This document shows positions 44,305-56,098 of a DNA stretch of 64,000 nucleotides, in pieces. The notes under the pieces were generated by a model, which was given only the letters and a program-made list of their open reading frames with translations, was not told the DNA's origin and searched no databases. The stretch comes from a virus (taxonomy: Duplodnaviria; Heunggongvirae; Uroviricota; Caudoviricetes). A program made the translations under genes and the position numbers. Position 1 is the first letter of the stretch. Each line of letters begins with the position of its first letter. Where the stretch lies: the IMG/VR virus record IMGVR_UViG_3300042259_000129. One strand, 5' to 3'.

Positions 44305-45722
44305 TAAGGTTCTTTTAACTCCTTCTCTATTACTTCAAACTTTTCTTTATCATAAAATCTTAATCTAATATCGCCGTATTTTGGGAACCATTTGTTATTA
44401 TGATCTACCAAATCGTATATAATAGCACCATTTTTTGATGCATGTTTACGTAAAACCCGGCCTATAGATTGGAGTATCCTGATTTTCGACTTATAGGGGG
44501 CAGCAAAAATAAGATGCCCTAAATTAGGTATATTGATCCCTGTACTAAACGTCCCGTATGTTGCGCAAATTATATATTTTTTATCGGGGTTTTGTATCAC
44601 TTTTTGTCTTCAGATCTCTCTATCTGATGTATCCATAGATCCAGAAATGAATACTATATTGTCTTCCTCACATAACCCGCGATCCAATAAAAATCGTTTA
44701 AGGAATTCACCTTCTGTTTCAACTTTACCAACTAAAAGTAAAACAGTTTTATTAATACTATTAAGAATATTACATATATTGTTTAATCTAAAAGAATTTC
44801 TAAATATCTCATCTTTTGCTTCATTATAGTCAGTAGAAAATTTTGTATTATATTTAATATGATACATTACAATTTTACTATCTGAGATGTATCCTAAGTC
44901 TGCAAGTTCTGATGCTGGTACTTCAACAACTATAGGACCCAAGTAACTTTTTACATTCATAGTTTCAAGTCTTGCTTCAGGCATTGTACCAGTACAGCCA
45001 ATTCGATAGTCTGCATTTGAAGCTTTTAAAATATCCCTAATAACTGTGGCTCTAGCGCCATGTACTTCATCAATAATTACACAATCAAAATTCTCTACTT
45101 GAGAAACATTATGTGATAAAGATTGTCAGGTTGAAATAACAATCTTCTTATCCCATTCTTTAAATTTTGAATATACACGGCCAAGATCTTCTTTATAAAA
45201 TCCATAGTCTAAGATATCTTTATAAAATTGCTCTACCAGTGAAGTAGTAGGGACAATTATCATAGCATTTGAAATTTTCTTGCTATGAAGAAGATTTTTG
45301 ATTATACCAGCAATAATATAGCTTTTTCCTGCAGAAGTTGCGGCCCTAATAATACATTTTTTATATTTTAATGCTTTACGAATACATTCTTCTTGGTATG
45401 GGCGATAATCCCAGGGCTCACATTTTTCTAATTCAATATTATCAAAACTTGAATCCTGTTTGAGAAACTCTTTTACTTCATCATCTATAATCAGTTGGGT
45501 TTTGGGATAATTCTTTTTGTAAAATGAAAGAAATTCAGTCAATAATCCATAAGGAAGAATCTTATCATAGATACTAAACAAATAAATTTTTCCATCTCAA
45601 TGTCCAACTTTAAACTTTGGACTAAAAGCATACCCAGGAGCATATTCAGAAAAATGATCTTTTAATTTTAATAAAATTTCTCTATCATCACAATCTACAA
45701 ATATATGTAATCTGTCATACAT
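44304..45722 (-). CDS. uvsW: UvsW-like SF2 DNA helicase, with 3 TGA.
   Basis: The N-terminus HIFVDCDDREILLKLKDHFSEYAPGYAFSPKFKVGH[TGA]DGKIYLF aligns with T4 UvsW VRIDCEESTFHELRDFFSFEADGYRFNPRFRYGNWDGRIRLL. Also AATSAGKS, DEVH, TGT and QSIGRVLR helicase motifs. Confidence 0.85.
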
Positions 45723-45736
45723 TTTTAAAGTAATCA

Positions 45737-46144
45737 TTAGATTCTCTTATTAGCAAATTCTTTCATACTCCAATACTGTCTATCAAGACCTTTTACACAG
45801 AGCTCAAAGAATGCTATACGAATTTTTTGTTTTCTCAAAATCTCTTTCATTTTAAGATATTTTGGATCTTTAGGCAAATAGTATTTTTCTATTTCCTTGT
45901 TTGAGAGTTCTTCTTCAGATTGAAATCGATACTTGTGATAAAGTTCACCAACAAGTTTTTCTTGAAGCTCTTCAAGTTCTTCATATCTGATTTTTTCTTT
46001 AAGTAATTGATCTTGAAATCTAATTACTTGATAAGGATTATCTTGTAGCTTTTGAGAAATATTCAATTCATCAAAAGCTACAAGTTCATATATTGGATAT
46101 TCTTTAAGTAGATCATCAACAATTTTATCTTTATCAATTGCCAC
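45737..46144 (-). CDS. uvsY: UvsY-like recombination mediator.
   Basis: Size (135 aa), position upstream of uvsW, and the C-terminal AFFELCVKGL..YW resembling T4 UvsY ILLDFCSGAL..YW. Confidence 0.55.
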   Translation of the reverse strand: MAIDKDKIVDDLLKEYPIYELVAFDELNISQKLQDNPYQVIRFQDQLLKEKIRYEELEELQEKLVGELYHKYRFQSEEELSNKEIEKYYLPKDPKYLKMKEILRKQKIRIAFFELCVKGLDRQYWSMKEFANKRI

Positions 46145-46160
46145 AAATTTTCTCCTAAAA

Positions 46161-46700
46161 CTATTTTAGATGGGGATATTTGTCAAAGAAACCCTCAGCC
46201 TTGAGATCATCTCAATCTCCGATAATATCTACGTCATATGGGGTCTTATTATTTGTAACTTCATTATCCATTCTTTTAATAATTATATCTCTTATTTGTT
46301 CAGTTTTAACATCAATTGATCTAGGAGCAAATCCTTCTGTCCAATCAAGAACATTCATGAAAAATGTATCAGCATCAATTTCTTTTCCTAAATTTGATGT
46401 GGCATATTCATATTCTTTGGCCTTTTTTTGATTGAAGGACCAAGCATTTAAAATTTGTTCTTCTTTTAAATCTTTTAGTGCAAATCCTTTATCACCTTTC
46501 TTTAGGTTGATAATTCCTTCAGGGAAAATGTGTTTAAAATTTTTAATGAAAAGAAAAATATAATCTTTAGCTCATTTATTTCTCAATTCAAAATTCTTTT
46601 TATGAAAAGCTTTAAATTCCTGCTTTGTCATATCTGAATAGAATTTTGTATTTACATTTTCATCAAGCATTAATTGTTTTAATTTATTTCTTATTTCCAT
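46161..46700 (-). CDS. Hypothetical protein, 179 aa, with 2 TGA.
   Basis: Continuous frame from ATG 46700 to TAG 46161. Partly overlaps plus-strand track ORF 46180..46431. Confidence 0.5.
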
Positions 46701-46714
46701 TTTAATAAAAACTC

Positions 46715-47689
46715 CTATGATAGTAAATAATGTTGAATTCTACCTTCAATAGAATTCTCAAATAATTTTAATTTTTTAGGTAGAACAACTATTGAAACAT
46801 CCCTATCCTTAACAACTCTTTCAAAAGAAGAATCACTAAAAGAACATTGTAAAGGAACAACATACATTGAAGAAGTTGGAGTTAATAGAACTATAGATGT
46901 CGAAATATAATCTGAGGGTTCTTCTCTAATAGGGCAAAATTTTGTATTTCTATCTAAATTTTTAGAAGTTAGATTTTTTAATGTTGTTAAAACTTCTAAT
47001 GGATGATTTGGTTCTTCTTTTTCTATAGCATCAATGACAGTATCTCTTCTCATTATAGAAGACTTATAACCTTCTCCATCTTCTTTAGTATAACCAGCAT
47101 CTTTTAAAAAAATTCCATGATTAGTTCTAACAACCAAATTATAGTCTTTAATTTCTTTAACTTTTACATTATAATCTTCAGGGACAATATGTTTAAGTAA
47201 GATTTTCTTTACATCTTCATCATCTTCAATTGGATCAATTTCTAAATTCCTTAAAATGGCTTCTTTGGTTTTATTATGAAGAAATATTTCTAAATAGAAA
47301 AGTTTTTCCCCATCTGAGACTATTGTATTACCTTCGAATCTTTCTTCAACCAAAGTATCAACAACATCTTTGATATTATCCATTTTAAGAACTTGTCTTA
47401 AGATAATCCCATTTCTATTAGTTTTTCTATTTTTAATAGATAGTCTAACTTTACCGTCTTTCTTATCTTCATGATTTTGCAAAGCAACAGAAACTAACAT
47501 TATGCCTTTTGAATTAATACCTTCAGTCCAATCATTATATTCATCAATTAGAAATGCTGATGAAATCCCATCATGAGAATAATATTTCAAGGAGTATTTT
47601 GGTTTATACGCTCTATCCCTAATTTTATAGAGGAATCATTGTTCCTTGTTATTTCTATTTTTTAATTTTAAGCCAATTGCTACACACAT
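46715..47689 (-). CDS. Hypothetical protein with an N-terminal Met-Cys. Possibly an Ntn-hydrolase-like protein. About 324 aa with 1 TGA.
   Basis: ATG at 47689 gives MCVAIGLKL.... Cys2 immediately after Met is typical of N-terminal-nucleophile hydrolases. This is speculative. Confidence 0.4.
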
Positions 47690-47764
47690 CTAGCTTTTAC
47701 CTCATCCAAATTAATATAGTTTATAAATTATTTATCAAAAATTCATAAGTACATATTACCAAAA

Positions 47765-48142
47765 TATTGTTTCACCAATCAATATAATTCTATATACTAT
47801 ACCCTCCGTACCAAGTTAATATATTAACTATCATATTTCTCCGGAGTTGTAAATAGAGAAAATTCAAGTTTATACCACATCTCGAATATTTTTTTATCAG
47901 AAAGTCTGGAAATTTTGAGATTTTTCATGTTTCCAGGAAGCTTAATTATTTCAATAACTTAGAAATCCACCAAAATCTTAGTTTTCCTAATAATATCAAT
48001 AACTTACGAGAAATCCACCAAAATCTATAGAAAAACGTAATGTTTTATACATCATTTTCTTAGGATTTCGAATAGTTAATAATTTTAATAATTTAGGATT
48101 TCTTAAAATCCTCTTTTTCTCCATTAGAAATTTCTATAAATA
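47765..48142 (+). repeat. Copy 2 of the ~370-bp noncoding repeat module, in a divergent intergenic region.
   Basis: Same blocks as 25507..25872. It also carries an internal duplication of aaatccaccaaaatct. Confidence 0.8.
48135..48142 (+). promoter_or_regulatory. T4-type late promoter (TATAAATA).
   Basis: 35 nt upstream of ATG 48177. Confidence 0.5.
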
Positions 48143-48176
48143 ATTAAAACACAATAAAGTTTTTTAGAGGAATAAT

Positions 48177-48980
48177 ATGACTAGAGCTGATTTAAGAGCA
48201 AGATTAAAAAGAGATTTGGGGTATCCATATAACAAAGTTGAAGTCACAGATGATCATCTAAATGATGCCATCGATGATGCTTTGGAAAAATGAGAAGAAT
48301 GAGCAGTAGGTAATTCTACAAAAGAATATTATTTTACTATGCCACTGTCTGCTGGTCAATATGAATATGTCCTACCAGCATATGTTACAGACGTACTGGG
48401 CTTCAAATCTGACACATGGAGTACAGGTATTAATACTCTCTTTACCATTGAGAATTTTTTATACACACAAGGATATATTGACCCCCAACAGTTTATGGGA
48501 TCTGGTGGACTAATTGGGTATCAGCTTGCTATGGATTATATTGAAACATTAGAAAGATATATGCCTGAGCAATATACATTTAAGTATGCTAGACACAAAA
48601 AGATTCTTAACTTGAGTCCTACTCCTGTTTTAAAAGATGTCAGAACTATTAATGGAACTGAATGGGATTTTGCTGGATATCTTTTAGTTAGATGTATGGC
48701 ATATGATGGATCCTTTGTTGATGGCTGAACCTATTTAGATTTTGAAGATCAAGCACTTAGTGAAGGTTGAGTTAAAAAATATGCATTAGCAAAACTAAAA
48801 ACAACATTAGGTCAAATTAGAAGAAAGTTTTCAAGTTATAATTCAATAGGAAATACTGGAATAACTTTGGATGGTGCTGAATTAATTTCTGAAGGCAAAG
48901 AAGAAATGGATAGACTAATAGAAGAAATTGATACTAACTATGCCTATGAAGGGTATGGTATTACAATGGGAGCAATATAA
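48177..48980 (+). CDS. Virion structural protein, possibly a neck or head-completion component. 267 aa with 3 TGA.
   Basis: Late promoter upstream. Frame continuous across TGA. Confidence 0.45.
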
Positions 48981-49273
48981 TGGAAAAGAAACTTGGGTGG
49001 ATTTGTCCTAAATGTGGAAAGTGTTTAAGTCCTTATGTAAACGAATGTGAATGTTATAAAGTAGTAATAAATAACAATCCTCATGTACCAATGGAGATTG
49101 AGAATCCTTTAAAAACTTTTAAATGGGTAAAAGATTGGCCTACGCCTTATGAGGATCAACCAAAGTTTAAATTTTATACAGCTGGATCAAGCGACAATCC
49201 TTGTGAAGGTTGTCTAAGTAAAGGAAAGCCTTTTTGTCATTGCACTATTGGTGGATCAAAAGTAACTTATTAA
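48980..49273 (+). CDS. Zinc-ribbon protein.
   Basis: CPKCGKC...CEC...CEGC...CHC motifs. Confidence 0.5.
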   Translation: MEKKLGWICPKCGKCLSPYVNECECYKVVINNNPHVPMEIENPLKTFKWVKDWPTPYEDQPKFKFYTAGSSDNPCEGCLSKGKPFCHCTIGGSKVTY

Positions 49274-49282
49274 GGATTTAAA

Positions 49283-49633
49283 ATGGAAAAAATAGAACTA
49301 CCTACACATATTTCTGGGGATTGGTGAAATGGTATGGGGCCTATTACTGTTAGGGTAAATGGCGATCCATTGGATTTAACATCCACAGAAATTAAAATGC
49401 AAATAAGAAGAGGAAGGAAACCTTCTGATGCCGTATTAGCAGAATGGTCAACAACAGATGGAACTATTCAAATCATAGATGGTTCTAATGGTGTTTTTAA
49501 TATTTCTGGTCGTGTTCTTACTCTTCCCGGAGGAAATTTATTTTCTGATGTGCAAGTTAAGACACAAGATGAAAGATACTTCACCATTATTCCAGAAATA
49601 GTTTGAAATGTTATAAATGATATAACAAGGTAA
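49283..49633 (+). CDS. Hypothetical structural protein, 116 aa, with 2 TGA.
   Basis: Continuous frame. Confidence 0.45.
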
Positions 49634-49637
49634 TATT

Positions 49638-49898
49638 ATGGGAAATGTATTTGATGTAAATATCGAAGGTATAAAAGATAATAAATATAGTATTGAGGTA
49701 GATCTTCTTTCTAATGATATTTCAGTAGAGGTTATAAAGGAAGAAAGATCATATGATATATCCATTGAAACAGCAAATTTTTCATCTTTGGTAAGCCCCA
49801 ATGATGGAAATAGATTATCAAGAACTGTTGAAGGTGGGTTATTTGTTCCAGAGATAGATTTTGATTTAACTTCCATTTATGAGGAAGCTAAAGTATAG
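49638..49898 (+). CDS. Hypothetical protein.
   Basis: 86-aa ORF. Confidence 0.45.
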   Translation: MGNVFDVNIEGIKDNKYSIEVDLLSNDISVEVIKEERSYDISIETANFSSLVSPNDGNRLSRTVEGGLFVPEIDFDLTSIYEEAKV

Positions 49899-49907
49899 GG
49901 GATTAAA

Positions 49908-50096
49908 ATGACAAGTGAAGAAACATTAGCGAACTTTGCAAATGCAGTTGGCACAGATATTAAACAATTAAGTGAAGCTATAAATATTTTTCAAATAGAA
50001 AATGTTAGTGATAGTGATTTATTACAATATTCAAGTTCTCTAGGAAAATGAAAAAATATTAAAAAGGAAACTATCTTAGATGGTGGTAATTTTTAA
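49908..50096 (+). CDS. Small hypothetical protein, with 1 TGA.
   Basis: 62 aa. Confidence 0.35.
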
Positions 50097-50107
50097 AGGA
50101 AACATAA

Positions 50108-51553
50108 ATGTCAAATACTATTAGAATTAAAAGACGCGCTATAGGTGGTGCCATAGGTGCCCCTTCTTCTCTTGAAAATGCAGAATTAGCATTTAATGAG
50201 GCAGATGATACTTTGTATTATGGTAAAGGAACAGGTGGTGTAGGGGGTTCTGCTACAACTATAGAACCTATTGGTGGTATAGGAGCCTTTGTTTCAAAAA
50301 ATAATATTGATCAAACTATAGACGGAGAAAAAACTTTTGTAGGTACAGTTATTGCTCCAACTCAGGATTCTACTGATGATTCAACAAAGGTAGCTACAAC
50401 AGCTTTTGTAAAATCAATAGGATATGTTCCTGCCCCTACTGGTGTAGTTACGGGAACATTTACAAAGGTTACTATAAATTCAAACGGATATGTTACGCTA
50501 GGTTCAACACTTAGTGCTTCTGATATCCCTTCATTAACAGCTTCCAAAATATCTGATTTTGATACCCAAGTAAGATTATCCGGTTTAGACCAAATGGCCG
50601 AACCAGAATCAAATGTATCATTTAATGATGTTAGAATTACAAATCTTGCAACACCTGTTAATGATAATGATGCTGCAAATAAATTATATGTTGATACTGC
50701 AATTCAGGGCATTAAACCAAAGAACTCTGTAAAGGCAGCGACAACAGGTAATATCACATTATCTGCAACACAAACAATTGATGATATTTCTGTTATAGAT
50801 GGGGATAGAGTATTAGTAAAAAACCAAACAACAAGTTCACAGAATGGTATTTATATTGTTTCTGGTAGTGCATGGACTCGCGCTGCGGATATGAATTCAT
50901 GGGATGAAGTTGTTTCAGCATTCGTATTTGTTGAGGAAGGTACTACAAACGCCGATACTGGTTGGTTATGTTCCGCAAATAGTGGTGGTACATTAGATAC
51001 AACGGCGATTACATGGGTTCAGTTTTCAAGCGCAGGATCAATAACTGCTGGGACGGGTTTATCAAAAGATGGCAATACACTTAATGTTGGTGCAGGAACG
51101 GGTATCACAGTTGGTGCTGATGATGTTGCTTTAACAGGACAGTCTTTAGCATTACATAATTTATCTACAAATGGGTTAATAACAAGAACTGGATCTGGAA
51201 CTGTTACTTCAAGAACTATTTCTACTTCAGGAACTGGCATATCCGTCGCAGATGGAAATGGCGTATCAGCTAACCCAACTATTTCATTGTCTACTGCATT
51301 GTCTACTGTTGGTACCTTAACCCCAGCAGCTGATAGAATTGCTTATTATACAAGTGCTTCTACTGCCTCCTTAACAGCATTAACATCTTTTGGTAGATCA
51401 TTAATTGATGATGATAATGCTTCAACTGCAAGAACTACTTTAGGATTAGGAACAATTGCTACTCAAGCAGCATCAAGCGTTGCAATTACTGGCGGCTCAA
51501 TTACAAACTTAACAACTTTTGATGGGATCACTATTGACGGTGGAACATTCTAA
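50108..51553 (+). CDS. Tail fibre-like protein.
   Basis: N-terminal anchor motif IRIKRRAIGGAIGAPSSLENAELAFNEADDTLYYGKG. The rest is Gly/Thr/Ser-rich and beta-rich. A TATAAATA lies at 49982. Confidence 0.6.
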   Translation: MSNTIRIKRRAIGGAIGAPSSLENAELAFNEADDTLYYGKGTGGVGGSATTIEPIGGIGAFVSKNNIDQTIDGEKTFVGTVIAPTQDSTDDSTKVATTAFVKSIGYVPAPTGVVTGTFTKVTINSNGYVTLGSTLSASDIPSLTASKISDFDTQVRLSGLDQMAEPESNVSFNDVRITNLATPVNDNDAANKLYVDTAIQGIKPKNSVKAATTGNITLSATQTIDDISVIDGDRVLVKNQTTSSQNGIYIVSGSAWTRAADMNSWDEVVSAFVFVEEGTTNADTGWLCSANSGGTLDTTAITWVQFSSAGSITAGTGLSKDGNTLNVGAGTGITVGADDVALTGQSLALHNLSTNGLITRTGSGTVTSRTISTSGTGISVADGNGVSANPTISLSTALSTVGTLTPAADRIAYYTSASTASLTALTSFGRSLIDDDNASTARTTLGLGTIATQAASSVAITGGSITNLTTFDGITIDGGTF

Positions 51554-51643
51554 ATAAATAAAAATAAGAAATATTTTATGGGGATATTTCTATATCCCCT
51601 TTTTTTATTCCTGCTTCTTTAAGCGTACAAGGAGTCCATCTTT

Positions 51644-52054
51644 ATGGCAAATACTATTATTCACAAAAAGTCTTCTGTGGCATCAAAATCTCCTCTTATT
51701 GGAGATTTGTCTCTTGGTGAAATAGCAATCAATACTTTTGATGGTGTACTTTATTTAAAAAAGAATAATGGAACAGAATCTATTATTCCAATTAAAGAAA
51801 TAACAAAATCTAATGTTGAAGCTGTTTTAACCGGTACAATATTTACACATACCCACTCATATGAACACACTCAAAGTTCTGCTTCCACAACATGAACAAT
51901 TAATCATAATTTAAATTCAAGATTAGTACAAATAATTGCTGCTGATTCTTCTTATCTCCAAATTTTCCCGGATTCTGTTTCTTTTACCTCTGTCAATCAG
52001 GTTGTTTTAACCTTCTCAGAAAGTGTTTCGGGTTATGCTAAGATTTCTCGATAA
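51644..52054 (+). CDS. Second tail fibre-like protein sharing the N-terminal anchor motif, with 1 TGA.
   Basis: KKSSVASKSPLIGDLSLGEIAINTFDGVLYLKK parallels the N-terminus of 50108. Confidence 0.5.
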
Positions 52055-52076
52055 ATAGTTATATGAGGAATACAAA

Positions 52077-52745
52077 ATGACTTTAGATGTAAATTTTAAA
52101 CCTGAATGAGAGCTTTTAGACTTTCAACAGGTAGAACAAGAATATGAATTGTTTGATTCAATTGCCTCGGAATTTAATGATGTTTCTGGTTTTGCAATTG
52201 AGTATTATGTATTAGATGCTCAAAATGGAAACATAGATCTTCTATATGGAGAAATTCCTAATATGAATTGGAATGGTCCATATAGAACAAAAATTATATA
52301 TGAACCTACAAATGAAACAGAAGTATTAAATTCTTTTGGGTTCTCATCTGATGATGTTATTACATCAATGATGATGACAAAATCAGTTTTTTCAAGAGAT
52401 ATTTCATATGATTTTATTCCTAAAGTTGGTGATGTTATTAAAACTTTATGAAATAACAAAATGTATGAAATTACTGATGTTGGTGCCGAATCTAAAATTT
52501 TTCAGGGCAAAAAAATGGTTTGAGATTTTATTTGTAAACCATTCAGACACAGTTCACAAAGTGCTTCAGCAGATGAGATTGTTTTCAATACACCGAATGA
52601 TATTGATTTCCCTGGAATCAACTTTGAATATATATCAAAACCTCTATCAGCATTCGGCGACAACGATACAGTAGAAGAAGAATCTGATGCTATTGACAAT
52701 AATAGTGTAGATTCTTCTTATTATGGATATGATACTTTAGATTAG
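52077..52745 (+). CDS. Neck protein, gp14-like by synteny (immediately before gp15). With 3 TGA.
   Basis: Position only. No strong motif match recognised. Confidence 0.35.
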
Positions 52746-52753
52746 GATAAACT

Positions 52754-53461
52754 ATGGATACATTTTTTCATTATCATACATTACGAAAAACAACTATTCA
52801 ATTTCTTAATATTTTTAACAATATTAAGATTGCTAAATATAATTCAGATGGATCAGTAAGGGAATTTGTAACTGTTCCTTTAAAGTATGCACCAAAAGAA
52901 AAGTTTTATTATTGATTATATGAAAGGAAACATGAAATAAAACTACCAATGATGAGTGCTTATATTACAAGTATTTCTCCTGCGATAAATGAACGAGGAA
53001 CAAATAAACATATGAAAGTCTTGTCTTGTGATAGACAGTTATATCATAAGACATTAGTTCCATATACTATTGAATATGAGCTTGCAATTTCTACATTGTT
53101 TCATAATGAAATAGATCAAATTTTTGAACAAATTATTCCTTATTTTACTCCATATGTAATTACAAGGGTATCAATTCCTGAAATAGATAATCATTTTGAT
53201 TGTAAAGTCATTTTAGAATCTATTTCCCCTGATATGGAAACAGATATCCCAGAAGATGATTATAGAATGATAAATTGAAAATTAAATTTTACTGTTCATA
53301 CATTTGCATTACAGCCAATAAGTGCTGGAAAATACATTGAGGAAATTTTTCTTGAAATGAGAAATAATGATTTAGTGTATGAAACTATGCATTTATCTGG
53401 ATATATGAATGATGATAATCAAGTAATAAGCTCATATGAACTTATTCCTGGAGACGCATAA
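52754..53461 (+). CDS. gp15: Tail sheath stabiliser / terminator gp15-like, with 2 TGA.
   Basis: LRKTTIQFLNIFNNIKI...EFVTVPLKYAPKEKF...YELAISTLFHNEIDQIFEQIIPYFTPYV...RMIN[TGA]KLNFTVH aligns with T4 gp15 FRRYATLMGDLFSNIQI...FIRVPITYASKEHF...YELSIFTRYEDDMFQIVEQILPYFQPHF...RRIEWSLTFEVNGW. Confidence 0.8.
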
Positions 53462-53958
53462 TGGGCTGCACTACTTTAAATATAGCTTCTGGAAATAACT
53501 TTCAATTATATTTCCCTGTTTTACCTTTTTCTACTGAATTACAAGACAGTAAGGAACTAACACTAAATCTGTTCAATGTTGTTATTCCTAGTATGTCATT
53601 TGACAGTACACCAATAAGTTGGCAGGGATGAGACACAAAAAGAGCAGATGGAACTTTACTTTTTGCAGACTTCACTTTTGATTTCATGATTGATGAAGAA
53701 TTCAAAAACTGACAAGTTCTTTTTGATTGAATGACAAACATCAACAACAATAAAGATGTATTAAGTAAGCACCCCAGAACTTATACTACAGATTCTTATA
53801 TTATGATTATGGATAATTTTGGAAAAAGTATTTTAAAATTAAAATTGATAAATTGTTTCCCTATGGATTTGGGAACAGTAACATTATCTTATAGAGAGGG
53901 TGAAACTTACATTGAATGTAATGCAACAATTTCTTATGATAGAATGGAAAGAGGATAA
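53461..53958 (+). CDS. Tail-tube-fold protein, paralogue of gp19 (gp3- or gp54-like), with 3 TGA.
   Basis: FADFTFDFMIDEEF...LINCFPMDLGTVTLSYREGE parallels the gp19 FEDWTVTF...LIGAWPTTIGELTLDY pattern. Confidence 0.55.
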
Positions 53959-53963
53959 AAATA

Positions 53964-53971
53964 TATAAATA
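53964..53971 (+). promoter_or_regulatory. T4-type late promoter (TATAAATA).
   Basis: About 50 nt upstream of the gp18 start. Confidence 0.5.
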
Positions 53972-54021
53972 TAATTATAATCTAATGATTCTTAGATTCT
54001 AATTTATGGAGGAAACAATAC

Positions 54022-55962
54022 ATGAGTTTCGGAATTTCGCCGGGCGTGGCGACGAGGGAAGTGGATCTAAGCACCACAATTCCTGCAGTAGCAACTTCTA
54101 TTGCTGTAAACGTCCTAAGAAAAACATACAAAGGCCCTGAATACGAACAGTATTTAGTAACAAATACAGATGAACTTATTGATGCATTTGGTAAACCTGC
54201 TGATAGTTCTTTTATTGATATTCTGTCTTCTGCAGGATATCTTAAATATGGAAGCATGCTCTATTGTACAAGGGTTATGCCTACTGATGCTACTTTTGCT
54301 GGTACAAAAATTTTAACTGGAACAAATTCTACCCAGGAAGCCACTGCTAACTTCACTTTTGAAGCTACTGGAACTGTTGAAGGAACTGAAGATGATGGTC
54401 CTTATACCTATACCTCATTAGGAACAACTGATATGAAGATGTTCCCTGAAATGGTAGACACTTTAATGGGTGAAGATGACCCACTTTGGGTACTTGCTAA
54501 ATATCGTGGTGAATTTGGAAACAATACTCGTTTACTTGTTTATGACAAGGCCACATATGATGCTGTTAAGTATTTTGATACACAGACTGAAACATTTGAT
54601 ATTCCTTCTGGCGTATCTTTAACTGCTTCAGCTACGGCAGCAGTATCTGGAATGTGGGTAGATTATGAAGCTAATCCCGATTTTGGAACTCCTGGTTACC
54701 AGGATGATCTTCCATTTGTTGTAATTCGTGATCTCGATACTCCTATGACTGATGAAAAACAATTCACAATCGTAGTCCAAGCTAAAGATCAGGGTTCAAC
54801 AATATGGGAAGACAAAGAGGTCTTCATTGTTTCTTCTGATGAAAATTCAATTGATGATTCCGGCGTTTCTAATTTTGTTGAGACTGTTGTAAATGAACAG
54901 TCAAAGTATATTAATGTAGCTTTGAATCCTGTCTTTAAAACAACTACAGAAATTGATTCGCCCGCGATTGGGGCCATTATGACTCGTATGGCCACCCTTT
55001 CTGGTGGAAAGAATGGTGTATTTGGAAGACATGAAGATGTAACTGTTCAGGCTGGTGAAGATGCTGCTTGTATTGAAGCATATAATCTTTATGCTAATCC
55101 TGAAGAAATTGATGTCAATCTCTTTATCGAATCAGATAAGGGTGTAACTGTAAAAACCTACCTTGTAGAGCTTTGTGAATCAATTCGTAGAGATTGTTTT
55201 GTTGTACTTGATGTTCTAAGATCCCATGTTCTAAACAACAAAGGTTCTGAAACATTAGATATGGTAAAATGGAGAAAAGGACAAGCTGGTTCTACATTTA
55301 ATCCTAATACTTCATATGCTGCTCTATATGGTAACTGGATCGAAGTATTTGATACTTGGAACAAAAAATATCGTTGGCTTCCTCTCTCCGGTCATATGGC
55401 TGGTCTATATGCTCATACAGATGATGTAGCTGATGCATGGTGAGCACCTGCTGGATTGAATAGAGCTATTCTAACTGGTGTTCGTAGACTTGCTTTTAAT
55501 CCTACTGAAGGAAATCGAGATGCAATGTATGTTGCAGGAATTAACCCTGTTGTTTCTTTTAGTGGTCAGGGCAAAGTAGTTTGAGGACAGAAGACCCTAT
55601 TAGATAAACAGAGTGCATTTAATAGAATTAATGTTCGCAGGTTGTTCCTCATATTGGAAAAAGCCATCGCAAAAAGTGCCAAATACTTTTTATTCGAGAT
55701 GAACGATGAAATTACTTGGATGTTAATGACCAATATGATTGAGCCTTTCCTTCGTGATATTCAGGGCCGCCGTGGCATTTATGCCTTCAAGGTCCAGATT
55801 GATGAAACAACTAATACCCCAGAAAGAATTGATCGTAACGAGCTAGTTGGGAATATATGGATCCAGCCCGCCAGAGCAGTCGAGTTTATCCGGCTTAACT
55901 TTATCGCAACAAAAACTGGGGCTAACTTCGATGAACTAATTGGAGCAGGTGCGGTTTCTTAA
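54022..55962 (+). CDS. gp18: Tail sheath protein gp18-like, 646 aa, with 2 TGA.
   Basis: The C-terminal 200 aa align closely with T4 gp18 (RWLPLSGHMAGLYAHTDDV...INVRRLF...IDRNELVGNIWIQPARAVEFIRLNFIATKTGANFDEL versus RWVPLAADIAGLCARTDNV...INVRRLF...IDRNEFVATFYIQPARSINYITLNFVATATGADFDEL). Confidence 0.9.
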
Positions 55963-55976
55963 TTTTTTATTTACAA

Positions 55977-55984
55977 TATAAATA
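55977..55984 (+). promoter_or_regulatory. T4-type late promoter (TATAAATA).
   Basis: Exact match just after the gp18 stop. Confidence 0.4.
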
Positions 55985-56098
55985 AAATATCTTATCTTTA
56001 AATTTAATGGAGAAGGACAACACCGGCCAGTGCTGAGGGTTGCTCCCACATCCCTCTAACTTCTCTTTAAATTTCAAATTCTATGGGAGTAGACTATC

